Made by a program: the position numbers and the translations under genes. From the sequence record SRR22947727_1304: 36,592 bases of DNA; one strand, 5' to 3'. Shown piece after piece: positions 1 to 8,129 of the stretch. The notes beneath the pieces are model-generated. The model did not search any database. It saw only the letters and a program-made list of their open reading frames with translations, and was not told where the DNA came from. Numbering within the stretch: position 1 is the stretch's first letter; every line of letters begins with the position of its first letter.

Positions 1-103
1 AAAAATAAAATCTGTTGAAATGCAAAAACTTGAAGCTAAATTAAATATGGATAAAAAAACAGTTTTTATAGATTTGTTTAACTCTATAGGGACTTTAAAA
101 TGA
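1..103 (+). CDS. holB: 3' end of probable DNA polymerase III subunit delta' (partial)
   Basis: Frame from base 2 reads KIKSVEMQKLEAKLNMDKKTVFIDLFNSIGTLK*. LNMDKK resembles the alphaproteobacterial HolB C-terminal NLDxK motif. Its stop overlaps the tatD ATG (ATGA), and holB commonly precedes tatD. Confidence 0.55.
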   Translation, partial: KIKSVEMQKLEAKLNMDKKTVFIDLFNSIGTLK

Positions 104-882
104 TTGTTGATAGTCATGTTAACCTGCATAATGAAAAATTTGCACAGGATGTGAACGCGGTAATTTCTCGGGCACGTTCAGCTGGTGTTGGCACTATGTT
201 AAACATAGCATGCAGAATATCTGATTTTGATGATGTTATTGAAGTTGCTAACAAAGACCCTAATATATGGGCAAGTGTTGGTACGCACCCCCATTATGCT
301 AATGAAAATCCTAATATAACTGCTGATGAACTAATTAAACTATCAGAGCATCCAAAAGTAATTGGTATAGGCGAAACTGGTTTTGATTTTCATTACGGTT
401 TTAGTTCTGAGGCAGAGCAAATTTCTAATTTCAAAGCTCACATAATCGCAGCTAAAGAAACTAAATTACCTTTAATTATTCATACGCGTGACGCTGACAA
501 ATTAATGTATAATATATTATCTGATGCAATTAGAAATTACGGATTATTTAAAGCGGAATTACACTGTTATACTTCTGGCGCAGATTTAGCTATGTGGGCT
601 GCTGATCAAGGATTTTATTTTTCTGTCTCGGGAATTATAACCTTTAAGAATGCTGATAATGTTCGATCTCTGGCTAAAGCAATGCCTGATGATCGAATAA
701 TGTTAGAGACTGATTGCCCTTATTTAGCTCCAGTGCCTCACAGGGGTAGGCGAAATGAACCGTCCTATTTAACTGAAATCTGCTCAGAGCTTGCTTTAAT
801 TAAGGGGTGGACTTACGAAGAAACAGCACAAAAAACAACCGATGCTTTTTTTAATTTATTTACGAAAGCAAAAAAGTTATGA
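100..882 (+). CDS. tatD: TatD family hydrolase/DNase
   Basis: DSHVNL, GTHPH, IGETGFDF, IIHTRDA, LHCYT and ETDCPYLAP motifs. Confidence 0.93.
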   Translation: MIVDSHVNLHNEKFAQDVNAVISRARSAGVGTMLNIACRISDFDDVIEVANKDPNIWASVGTHPHYANENPNITADELIKLSEHPKVIGIGETGFDFHYGFSSEAEQISNFKAHIIAAKETKLPLIIHTRDADKLMYNILSDAIRNYGLFKAELHCYTSGADLAMWAADQGFYFSVSGIITFKNADNVRSLAKAMPDDRIMLETDCPYLAPVPHRGRRNEPSYLTEICSELALIKGWTYEETAQKTTDAFFNLFTKAKKL

Positions 883-1700
883 CCTTAAAGGCTACAATAC
901 TTGGCTGTGGATCATCTGGCGGTGTTCCAAGAGTTGGTGGTGATTGGGGAGTATGTAACCCTAAAGAACCAAAAAACAGAAGAACTCGTTGTTCTCTTCT
1001 TCTTGAATACTGGGTTGGTTCTAAAGAGCCTTCACTTGATGACAAAACAATAATTTTGATTGATACTTCACCTGATTTACGAGAGCAGTTGTTAAGTTCT
1101 GATGTAAAAAGAATAGATGCACTTTTGTATACTCATGATCATGCTGATCAAACTCATGGAATAGATGACCTTCGAGCACTTGCTTACCGAATGCGAAAAA
1201 AAATTCCAACCTATATGGATGAACATACGCATCAACATCTATCTAAAAGGTTTGATTATTGCTTTGAAGTACCTGACGGGCGTCATCATCCATCCATATT
1301 AGAAATGAAACCACTAATAAAGGGAGGGGAGAGTTTCGTTGTAAATGGTCCTGGTGGCGGGGTTGATATAAAATCAATTACATTGAGCCATGGTCCTACA
1401 CCATCATTAGGGTTCAAGTTTGAGAATAAGCTAGTTTATTCTCCTGATTTATGGGACATACCCGATAAAAGTATTAAATATTTTGAGGATACACATACGT
1501 GGATTATAGATTCACTTCGGTACTCAGATCATCCTACACATTTTAATGCTGATAAAGCTTTAGCGTGGATCGCTAAAACTCGAACTAAACAAGGTATTTT
1601 AACCAATTTACATATTGATATGGATTATGACACTTTATCCAATGAAATTTTTGGAAATACGATAGTGGCATACGATAAATTAGAAATTATTATTAATTAA
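879..1700 (+). CDS. Metallo-beta-lactamase-fold hydrolase (PhnP-like phosphodiesterase)
   Basis: ILGCGSSGGVP, IDTSPDLREQ, THDHADQTHG and HPTHF motifs; usual partner of tatD. Confidence 0.88.
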   Translation: MTLKATILGCGSSGGVPRVGGDWGVCNPKEPKNRRTRCSLLLEYWVGSKEPSLDDKTIILIDTSPDLREQLLSSDVKRIDALLYTHDHADQTHGIDDLRALAYRMRKKIPTYMDEHTHQHLSKRFDYCFEVPDGRHHPSILEMKPLIKGGESFVVNGPGGGVDIKSITLSHGPTPSLGFKFENKLVYSPDLWDIPDKSIKYFEDTHTWIIDSLRYSDHPTHFNADKALAWIAKTRTKQGILTNLHIDMDYDTLSNEIFGNTIVAYDKLEIIIN

Positions 1701-1712
1701 CAGTATTTTATA

Positions 1713-2330
1713 TTAACACTCTAATGTTTTTTTATTCCAAAACTTTAATGATGTTGTGCTATGATTTACTTCAATTAGTCCAAAGCACCCTGTATTTAAT
1801 TTCCTCGTCATTGTAACTTCTATATTATGTACTGCGTCAAATAAAAATCTTGCGATACCATTGCTTGTAACCACCAGAATGTCTTCATTGGTATCAATTA
1901 AGCTTTCAAGGAATAATTTCCATGAAGATATAATTTCTTCGGTGTCAACCAACCAACCCTCAGGCGATATGCCCTGTAAATCCCACAAATCTAATGCTTT
2001 TATTCCTAATCTTTTAATAACGTAACTTTCTTTTTTATTTTCATCTGGTCCATAGTCAATTTCTTTTAGAAAGTTTAAAATAGTGGGGATCTTTGCCTTA
2101 TGCCCTTTCGATAATATGTAGGCGCAAGTACTTTTGGTTCGTTCAAGAGGTGAGCAATAGGCTCTTGAAAAATTATACCCAGACTTAAGGGTAGAAAACT
2201 GTTCAGCTAAAAATTTAGCCTGTTCGATACCCGATATTGATAGAGATATATCAGTTCGCGCGCCAACTCTTCTAACAGTATCCCCACTATCAAAAGTATT
2301 ACCATGTCTGCATATAATCACACGAGCCAT
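1713..2330 (-). CDS. Histidine phosphatase superfamily protein (phosphoglycerate-mutase-like)
   Basis: N-terminal RHGNT, SPLERT and LKEIDYG motifs; start overlaps the kdsB stop. Confidence 0.85.
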   Translation of the reverse strand: MARVIICRHGNTFDSGDTVRRVGARTDISLSISGIEQAKFLAEQFSTLKSGYNFSRAYCSPLERTKSTCAYILSKGHKAKIPTILNFLKEIDYGPDENKKESYVIKRLGIKALDLWDLQGISPEGWLVDTEEIISSWKLFLESLIDTNEDILVVTSNGIARFLFDAVHNIEVTMTRKLNTGCFGLIEVNHSTTSLKFWNKKTLEC

Positions 2331-3154
2331 TAGAAGGTATCACCATATTTTAAAAGTAAACTTTCAGATTCTTTAAGATCATTTGGTGTATCAATACCCC
2401 CAATATTGATATATGGGCTTTCTACTTCAACACATTTTATTTTTATACCATTTTCAATAAGCCTAAGTTGTTCAAGGCCCTCTAATCTTTCATAATTACT
2501 CATTGGTAATTTAGTAAATGTTTTGAGAGTTTCTTTTGTATATCCATAGAGACCTATATGTTGATAAACTGGAGAGTATTTTGATGTTTTCATGAGATTA
2601 GCTTCATTTCTAATTGCAGGTATTATGTTCTTAGAAAACCATAAAGCATCGTTACTATGGTTTTTCATTACAGTTGTCCCGCTAAAAGGGACTACTAATT
2701 TTCTTTTACGTAATTTATCCAAGTCCACCCAAGATAAATTTATAGTTGGAGTAACTACCTTGGCTCCATTGTGTAGTTCTTTTATTATTATTTCTATATA
2801 GCTTGGTGGCGTAAAAGGAGCGTCACCTTGAAGATTAATTATGAAAGAATAGTCTATATTGTAAATTTTTTCACTGATTAGGCATGCTTCAAGTATACGA
2901 TCAGATCCACTTGAATGACTTCTTGATGTCATTAAGCAATTAATTCCATAATTATCACAATGGTCTTTAATTCTAACATCCTCAGTTGCTACAACATAAT
3001 CACAGTTAATTTGATTAGATATTATTTTTTTTGCTATTTGAGCTGTACGGCGTATCATAGATACACCGTTTATATTCTCCAGAGGTTTTCCAGGAAATCT
3101 AGTGGAAGCGTACCGTGCCGGTATTACAATTAACGTTTTAATAATTTCATCCAT
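2330..3154 (-). CDS. kdsB: 3-deoxy-manno-octulosonate cytidylyltransferase (CMP-Kdo synthetase)
   Basis: IPARYASTRFPGKPL, SGSDR, NLQGDAP, QHIGLYGY, LEGLEQLR and IDTPNDL motifs. Confidence 0.93.
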   Translation of the reverse strand: MDEIIKTLIVIPARYASTRFPGKPLENINGVSMIRRTAQIAKKIISNQINCDYVVATEDVRIKDHCDNYGINCLMTSRSHSSGSDRILEACLISEKIYNIDYSFIINLQGDAPFTPPSYIEIIIKELHNGAKVVTPTINLSWVDLDKLRKRKLVVPFSGTTVMKNHSNDALWFSKNIIPAIRNEANLMKTSKYSPVYQHIGLYGYTKETLKTFTKLPMSNYERLEGLEQLRLIENGIKIKCVEVESPYINIGGIDTPNDLKESESLLLKYGDTF

Positions 3155-3253
3155 ATGAATTAAATATCATATAAGTTATTAATTTACTATTATTTGGTTT
3201 ATATGTTTGGCATATTAATTTTAAAAATTTAATTTAAACTATTTGAGGAAAAT

Positions 3254-4228
3254 GTGAATCGTATAGCGAATGATGTAATATCCGTGGAAATCGAAGGTTT
3301 AAGATCTTTATTAGCGGCTCTTGATGATTCCAGTAGTGAAGGTTTAGGACTGAATTTTAATAAGGTTGTTGAATTAATATTTAATATGCAGGGTCGTCTA
3401 ATCGTTACGGGTATGGGTAAGTCTGGTCATATTGGCAGAAAAATTTCTTCAACATTTGCTTCAACAGGAACTCTTTCAACTTTTGTTCATGCAGCAGAAG
3501 CCAATCATGGTGATTTAGGTATGATATCAAACAGCGATGTTATTTTAATGATTTCTAATTCAGGTCAAACTAATGACCTTTCTGGTATTATAAATTATGC
3601 CACACGACATAATATACCTTTAGTGAGTATAACAGCGGGTAGGGGGTCCTCATTAGACAAGTCTTCATTTGTTTCGTTAATTTTACCTGAATTTGATGAA
3701 GCTTGCAGCATTACTTATGCGCCTACTACCTCTTGTGTTGTTATGCTTGCTCTTGGTGATGCGCTTGCTATTGCCTTGTTAAAAAAGCGTGGTTTTACGT
3801 CTTCCGACTTTTTTAATTTTCATCCAGGCGGTAAAATTGGAGAAAGATTAAAGAGAATTAAGTCTATAATGAGGCCTTTAAGCGACAATATAGTATGTCA
3901 AAAAGGTACCAGTGTTGAGCATGCCGTAAAATTAATTAATAAAAATAAACTAGGTTTTCTTGGAGTTATTCAAATTTCAAACAATAAACTTCATGGAATA
4001 ATAACTGATGGAGATTTAAGACGAAGTTATGCAAATATTACATCTGATACTTTAGTAGATGAAATAATGTCAACTAATCCATTAACAATTTTAGAAGACG
4101 ATCTTGCTACTAAGGGACTTATGCTATTAAGTGAAAATAAAATAACCTCACTTTTTGTTCTAAATAACCAGGGTTTTGTTTCTGGGATTATTCATATTCA
4201 TGATTTTTTAGACCTTGGTATTATATAA
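3254..4228 (+). CDS. kdsD: Arabinose-5-phosphate isomerase, KpsF/GutQ/KdsD family (SIS plus 2 CBS domains)
   Basis: GMGKSGHIG, AEANHGDLG, APTTS, HPGGKIG and GIITDGDLRR motifs; GTG start after GAGG at 3245-3248. Confidence 0.9.
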   Translation: MNRIANDVISVEIEGLRSLLAALDDSSSEGLGLNFNKVVELIFNMQGRLIVTGMGKSGHIGRKISSTFASTGTLSTFVHAAEANHGDLGMISNSDVILMISNSGQTNDLSGIINYATRHNIPLVSITAGRGSSLDKSSFVSLILPEFDEACSITYAPTTSCVVMLALGDALAIALLKKRGFTSSDFFNFHPGGKIGERLKRIKSIMRPLSDNIVCQKGTSVEHAVKLINKNKLGFLGVIQISNNKLHGIITDGDLRRSYANITSDTLVDEIMSTNPLTILEDDLATKGLMLLSENKITSLFVLNNQGFVSGIIHIHDFLDLGII

Positions 4229-4233
4229 ATTCT

Positions 4234-4653
4234 TCACTCGAAATCCTTTACTTTTTTTCTGAGTTTTTTTATTTCTTTACGTTCAGATTTTTTCTTTAAT
4301 CTGCGCTTTATGGATCCATAACTTGGTGTGCTTGGCCTACGGTATTTTTTACGATTTAAAGCTTTTTGTAATAATAATTGAAGGCGATCAAAAGCTTCTT
4401 GCTTATTTCTTTCTTGCGTTCGGTGGTTTTGGGCTTTTATTACTATTACACCTTTATCGCTTATTCTCTTATCGGAATATGCAAGTATGCGCTCTTTATA
4501 GCCTTCGAGTAATGTGGACTCTAGTATGTCGAACCTTAGGTGTATGGCCGTGTTAACTTTATTAACATTTTGACCTCCTGGACCTTGAGATCTAACAGCA
4601 GTTATTTGTATTTCAGCTAGGGGTATTTTTGTATCACGATTTACTATTAACAC
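4234..4653 (-). CDS. arfB: Alternative ribosome rescue peptidyl-tRNA hydrolase ArfB (YaeJ)
   Basis: GPGGQNVNK motif, RTQERN, and a basic C-terminal tail (RRLKKKSERKEIKKLRKK). Confidence 0.93.
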   Translation of the reverse strand: MLIVNRDTKIPLAEIQITAVRSQGPGGQNVNKVNTAIHLRFDILESTLLEGYKERILAYSDKRISDKGVIVIKAQNHRTQERNKQEAFDRLQLLLQKALNRKKYRRPSTPSYGSIKRRLKKKSERKEIKKLRKKVKDFE

Positions 4654-4890
4654 AATAATTCCATAACTAGTTATACTCTGACATTAATATAATGATCATT
4701 AAATATAAAGAGATAGTAATGGTTATATATAATAAGTTCAATTAATATAAGTCCGGATCTTGACTAATCCTATAGCAGTTTGATTTCAAATTAATGAAAA
4801 AATTGAAATAAATTATAAATTAGCTGAATACCGGTACCATTCTAACTAACTCACCGTTATGAACAGCAGTGACTCTGAGCCTTGTACTGA

Positions 4891-4924
4891 GAGTGTCTTA
4901 CTTTAGGTGATTTTAAGCCTCTCG
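4891..4924 (+). repeat. Left copy of an imperfect direct repeat flanking the GNAT gene
   Basis: gagtgtcttactttaggtgattttaagcctctcg aligns to 5575-5607 at 25/34 positions by hand alignment, with a shared cttacttt core. Confidence 0.55.
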
Positions 4925-5042
4925 TGAGATGTCTGCAAATGCGGAGAAAGGCTACGTTAGATCTTTTTATCTTGAATGTTTGTTTTTTAAGCATTAATTT
5001 TCAATTAATTGGGAAATAGCCGTTCTAGGAGACGCTGAAAAA

Positions 5043-5534
5043 ATGTTAAGCATACGACTCGCCACTCAAAAAGATTCGGAAACAATTTGGTCTATCATCC
5101 AACCCGTTATACGAGCTGGCGATACTTACGCCTTAGATAGCAACATGACGAAAGACAAGGCTGTGTCATATTGGATGGCGACAGATAAATGGACATTTAT
5201 CGCCGAGGAGAACGGTGAAATATTTGGTACATATTACATGAAGACCAATCAAGCCGGAGGAGGTTCGCATGTATGTAATTGTGGATATATTACAAGTGAA
5301 AATGCGCGCGGAAGAGGCATTGCAAGGCAGATGTGCGAGCATTCATTAACAAAAGCATCTGAGTTGGGTTTCAAAGCTATGCAGTATAATTGTGTACTAT
5401 CCACAAATGAAGGCGCTGTAAATTTGTGGAAGCGCCTCGGCTTTGATATTGTCGGTACAATTCCAAAAGTTTTTAATCACCCAACTGAAGGTTATGTAGA
5501 CGCATTCGTTATGTATCAGTTTTTGAAGCAGTAA
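5043..5534 (+). CDS. GNAT family N-acetyltransferase
   Basis: ARGRGIA acetyl-CoA motif, GGGSHVCNCGY, AMQYNCVLSTNEGAVNLW; AGGAG RBS upstream. Confidence 0.92.
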   Translation: MLSIRLATQKDSETIWSIIQPVIRAGDTYALDSNMTKDKAVSYWMATDKWTFIAEENGEIFGTYYMKTNQAGGGSHVCNCGYITSENARGRGIARQMCEHSLTKASELGFKAMQYNCVLSTNEGAVNLWKRLGFDIVGTIPKVFNHPTEGYVDAFVMYQFLKQ

Positions 5535-5574
5535 ATTACAGGATATCCGCTTCCGGTAATTAGCAACAGTCAAT

Positions 5575-5607
5575 GAGCGGCTTACTTTGGGCGTTTAAAG
5601 TCACTGG
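5575..5607 (+). repeat. Right copy of the imperfect direct repeat flanking the GNAT gene
   Basis: gagcggcttactttgggcgtttaaagtcactgg; it also contains agtcactg (5599-5606), the exact reverse complement of cagtgact (4867-4874). Confidence 0.55.
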
Positions 5608-5840
5608 TTTTTAGATGAAAGCTTATGTCTATTAATAACCATACTTTCGTGCATGTCTTTGATTATATTGCTGCCAGTTTTTTCAAAACAAAAAGGCAAT
5701 AGAGCGTGAATGAAGCAAGCAAAAAATCCTTTAAGCATTGAAAGTGAAAAGGAAAAGGAAACAAGCATATGTTGGAAATAATTTTCATCAACACTGTTTA
5801 GGTGTTCAGTAAATGATATTTTACTTAATGATGATTTCAT
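5601..5840 (-). CDS. Small membrane-associated protein, DUF6356-like
   Basis: FTEHLNSVDENYFQH...IHALLPFCFEKTGS pattern recalled from the family; divergent from an Lrp regulator. Confidence 0.75.
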   Translation of the reverse strand: MKSSLSKISFTEHLNSVDENYFQHMLVSFSFSLSMLKGFFACFIHALLPFCFEKTGSNIIKDMHESMVINRHKLSSKNQ

Positions 5841-5930
5841 ATTTTAATCATATATTGTTATTCTGAAAAAAAATTCTTTATTATTAAAGTTTTTGCTTAC
5901 AAATGAAAAATATTTTGCTAATTTGCTACT

Positions 5931-6392
5931 ATGGCCAAAATTATTGATAATATAGATTTAAAAATATTAAGAATTTTACAATCTGATTCCTCACGATCTC
6001 TTGAATCGATATCAAATGAAGTTGGTGTTTCGCTAAACACATGTTGGAGAAGAATATCACGTTTGGAAAAAAATTCCATAATAGAAGGAAGAGTGGCCTT
6101 AATTGATAATGAAAAAATAGGATTACCTTTAACTGTTTTTGTTTTCATTTCTACAGACAATCATTCCAAGGAGTGGACACAGAAGCTCAGTAATGCAGTA
6201 GTTTCAATAAATGAAATTGTTGAATTTTATAGGCTTGCTGGAGATACTGATTACATACTTAAAATGATGGTTAGGAATGTTGATCATTATGATAGAGTAT
6301 ACAAACAACTAATCAAATTAGTTAAGATTTCAGATGTTTCAGCAAGTTTTGCAATGGAGAAAATTAAATTTACAACTGAGTTACCAATATAA
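5931..6392 (+). CDS. Lrp/AsnC family regulator (DecR/YbaO-like)
   Basis: HTH with CWRRISRLE; C-terminal YRLAGDTDY...SASFAMEKIKFTTELPI. Confidence 0.92.
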   Translation: MAKIIDNIDLKILRILQSDSSRSLESISNEVGVSLNTCWRRISRLEKNSIIEGRVALIDNEKIGLPLTVFVFISTDNHSKEWTQKLSNAVVSINEIVEFYRLAGDTDYILKMMVRNVDHYDRVYKQLIKLVKISDVSASFAMEKIKFTTELPI

Positions 6393-6464
6393 TAGAACTG
6401 ATTACACATAATTTCTCATAATATATATTATGCGATTTATAAAATAACAATTATGTGAATATGT

Positions 6465-8039
6465 TTATTTATAATCTTTTAAAATTTCATTTGCCGCATT
6501 GTGACCTGGAGCACCAGTTACTCCCCCACCTGGATGAGTACCTGCACCGCATAGATAAAGATTTTTAATAGGTGCTCTATAATTTCCAAAGCCAATCATT
6601 GGTCGAGCACTAAACATCTGATCTAAACTCATATTACCATGCATGATGTCTCCTTTAATCAAGCCAAATACCCTTTCTAAGTCTAATGGACTAAGGATCT
6701 GTCGGCCTAGAATAGACTTTTTAAAACCAGGCGCATAATTATCAACCGTATTAATTATAAGATCAGCAACTTCTTCTCGCTTAGAATCCCAATCAACATC
6801 AGGGTCAAATTGTTGACAGAACAAACTTGCCACATGCTTTCCTTCGGGAGCAAGTGTTTTATCAAGTGTTGAGGGTATAAGCATTTCAATTATTGGCTCT
6901 TTGGACCAGCCATTCATCTTAGAGTCTAAATAGGCCTTATCAATATACTCGCAAGTTGATGCAATAACTATACCACCTGTTAGATAATCTATATTTGAGG
7001 GTATTTTATTGTTGAGGCATGTAAACTCGGGCAATCTATCTAGTGCAACATTCATTCGAAATGTGCCTGATCCATTTTTATAATTTTTCATCCGTCTAGA
7101 AAAGTCAGACGGTAGCTCCCCTTCCCTTATAAGTTGGTTATATAAAAGGCTTGGATTTAGGTTTGATACAATTATATCGGCTTCTAATATTTCTCCAGTA
7201 TCAAGTAAAATTCCGTAAGCTTTATTGTTTTTTATTAAAACTCTCTCTACCGATCTGCCCAACTGAATTTCGACACCTTTTTCACATGCTGACTTGCTCA
7301 TAGCATTTGTTATTGCGCCCATACCCCCAATAGCATGACCCCAAACACCCTTAATCCCATTAACTTCTCCAAAAGCATGATGCATTAAAACATATGCGGA
7401 GCCAGGGGTTTCTGTGCTAGCGTAATTACCCACAATTCCATCGAAGGCAAATGCGCCCTTCACATAATCATTTTCAAAATAATTGTTTAAAAAATCTGAA
7501 ACACTTTTAGTAAAAATATCCATAACAATACGTTGATCTTCTATGGAGAGCTTACGCATTCGGTTGCCAAACTTAATCGTTTTGAATATTTCCTTAATAC
7601 CGCTTCCTACATTTGGCGGCGTCTCTAGTAAAAACTCACGTATAAGGTCTGCTACCATACTCGTATCACGAAAGTAACGATCGAGAGCTTTAGCATCTGG
7701 TAACGAAAATTTAGATATTTCGTTTTTTAATGCACTATCATCCAATAAAAATGCTAAAAAATTTCCATTTTTATGTGGCCAAAAGTTATTTACCTTGCGG
7801 TGAACTATCCTTAGCCCATATTTATAAAGCTCTAAGTCATTGATTACTTTTGGATTTAATAGACTGACTGTATAAGAAGCAACAGAATTTCTAAATCCTG
7901 GATAAAACTCCTCTGTTACGGCTGCTCCACCTACTATATTTCGTTTCTCAACAACTCGAACCTTTTTTCCTGCCATAGCTAAATAGTTTGCACAAACAAG
8001 CCCATTATGACCGGCTCCAATAATTATAACGTCAAGCAT
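6465..8039 (-). CDS. Phytoene-dehydrogenase-like FAD oxidoreductase (PYROXD2-like)
   Basis: IIGAGHNGL FAD motif, VGGAAVTEE, GGMGAIT, LYLCGAGTHPGGGVTGAPGHNAA. Confidence 0.88.
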   Translation of the reverse strand: MLDVIIIGAGHNGLVCANYLAMAGKKVRVVEKRNIVGGAAVTEEFYPGFRNSVASYTVSLLNPKVINDLELYKYGLRIVHRKVNNFWPHKNGNFLAFLLDDSALKNEISKFSLPDAKALDRYFRDTSMVADLIREFLLETPPNVGSGIKEIFKTIKFGNRMRKLSIEDQRIVMDIFTKSVSDFLNNYFENDYVKGAFAFDGIVGNYASTETPGSAYVLMHHAFGEVNGIKGVWGHAIGGMGAITNAMSKSACEKGVEIQLGRSVERVLIKNNKAYGILLDTGEILEADIIVSNLNPSLLYNQLIREGELPSDFSRRMKNYKNGSGTFRMNVALDRLPEFTCLNNKIPSNIDYLTGGIVIASTCEYIDKAYLDSKMNGWSKEPIIEMLIPSTLDKTLAPEGKHVASLFCQQFDPDVDWDSKREEVADLIINTVDNYAPGFKKSILGRQILSPLDLERVFGLIKGDIMHGNMSLDQMFSARPMIGFGNYRAPIKNLYLCGAGTHPGGGVTGAPGHNAANEILKDYK

Positions 8040-8129
8040 GATAGTTCCTATTTGTGTAAATTTTTAATAGTCAAAATTTAAATATAGTGCAATATCATGT
8101 TATATGTCTTTTATTTCTGACTTAATAAA

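Noticed and set aside
3245-3257. Out-of-frame ATG-TGA start-stop overlapping the kdsD GTG
   Set aside because: It is only 3 nt from the SD and easily arises by chance; there is no evidence of a regulatory role.
4654-5042. CRISPR array, attC site or ncRNA in the longest intergenic region
   Set aside because: No regularly spaced repeats, no convincing RYYYAAC/GTTRRRY attC hairpin and no recognisable RNA family; only the degenerate repeats reported above.
6465-8039. Carotenoid biosynthesis gene crtI
   Set aside because: The motifs fit the PYROXD2-like group and no crt genes are nearby.
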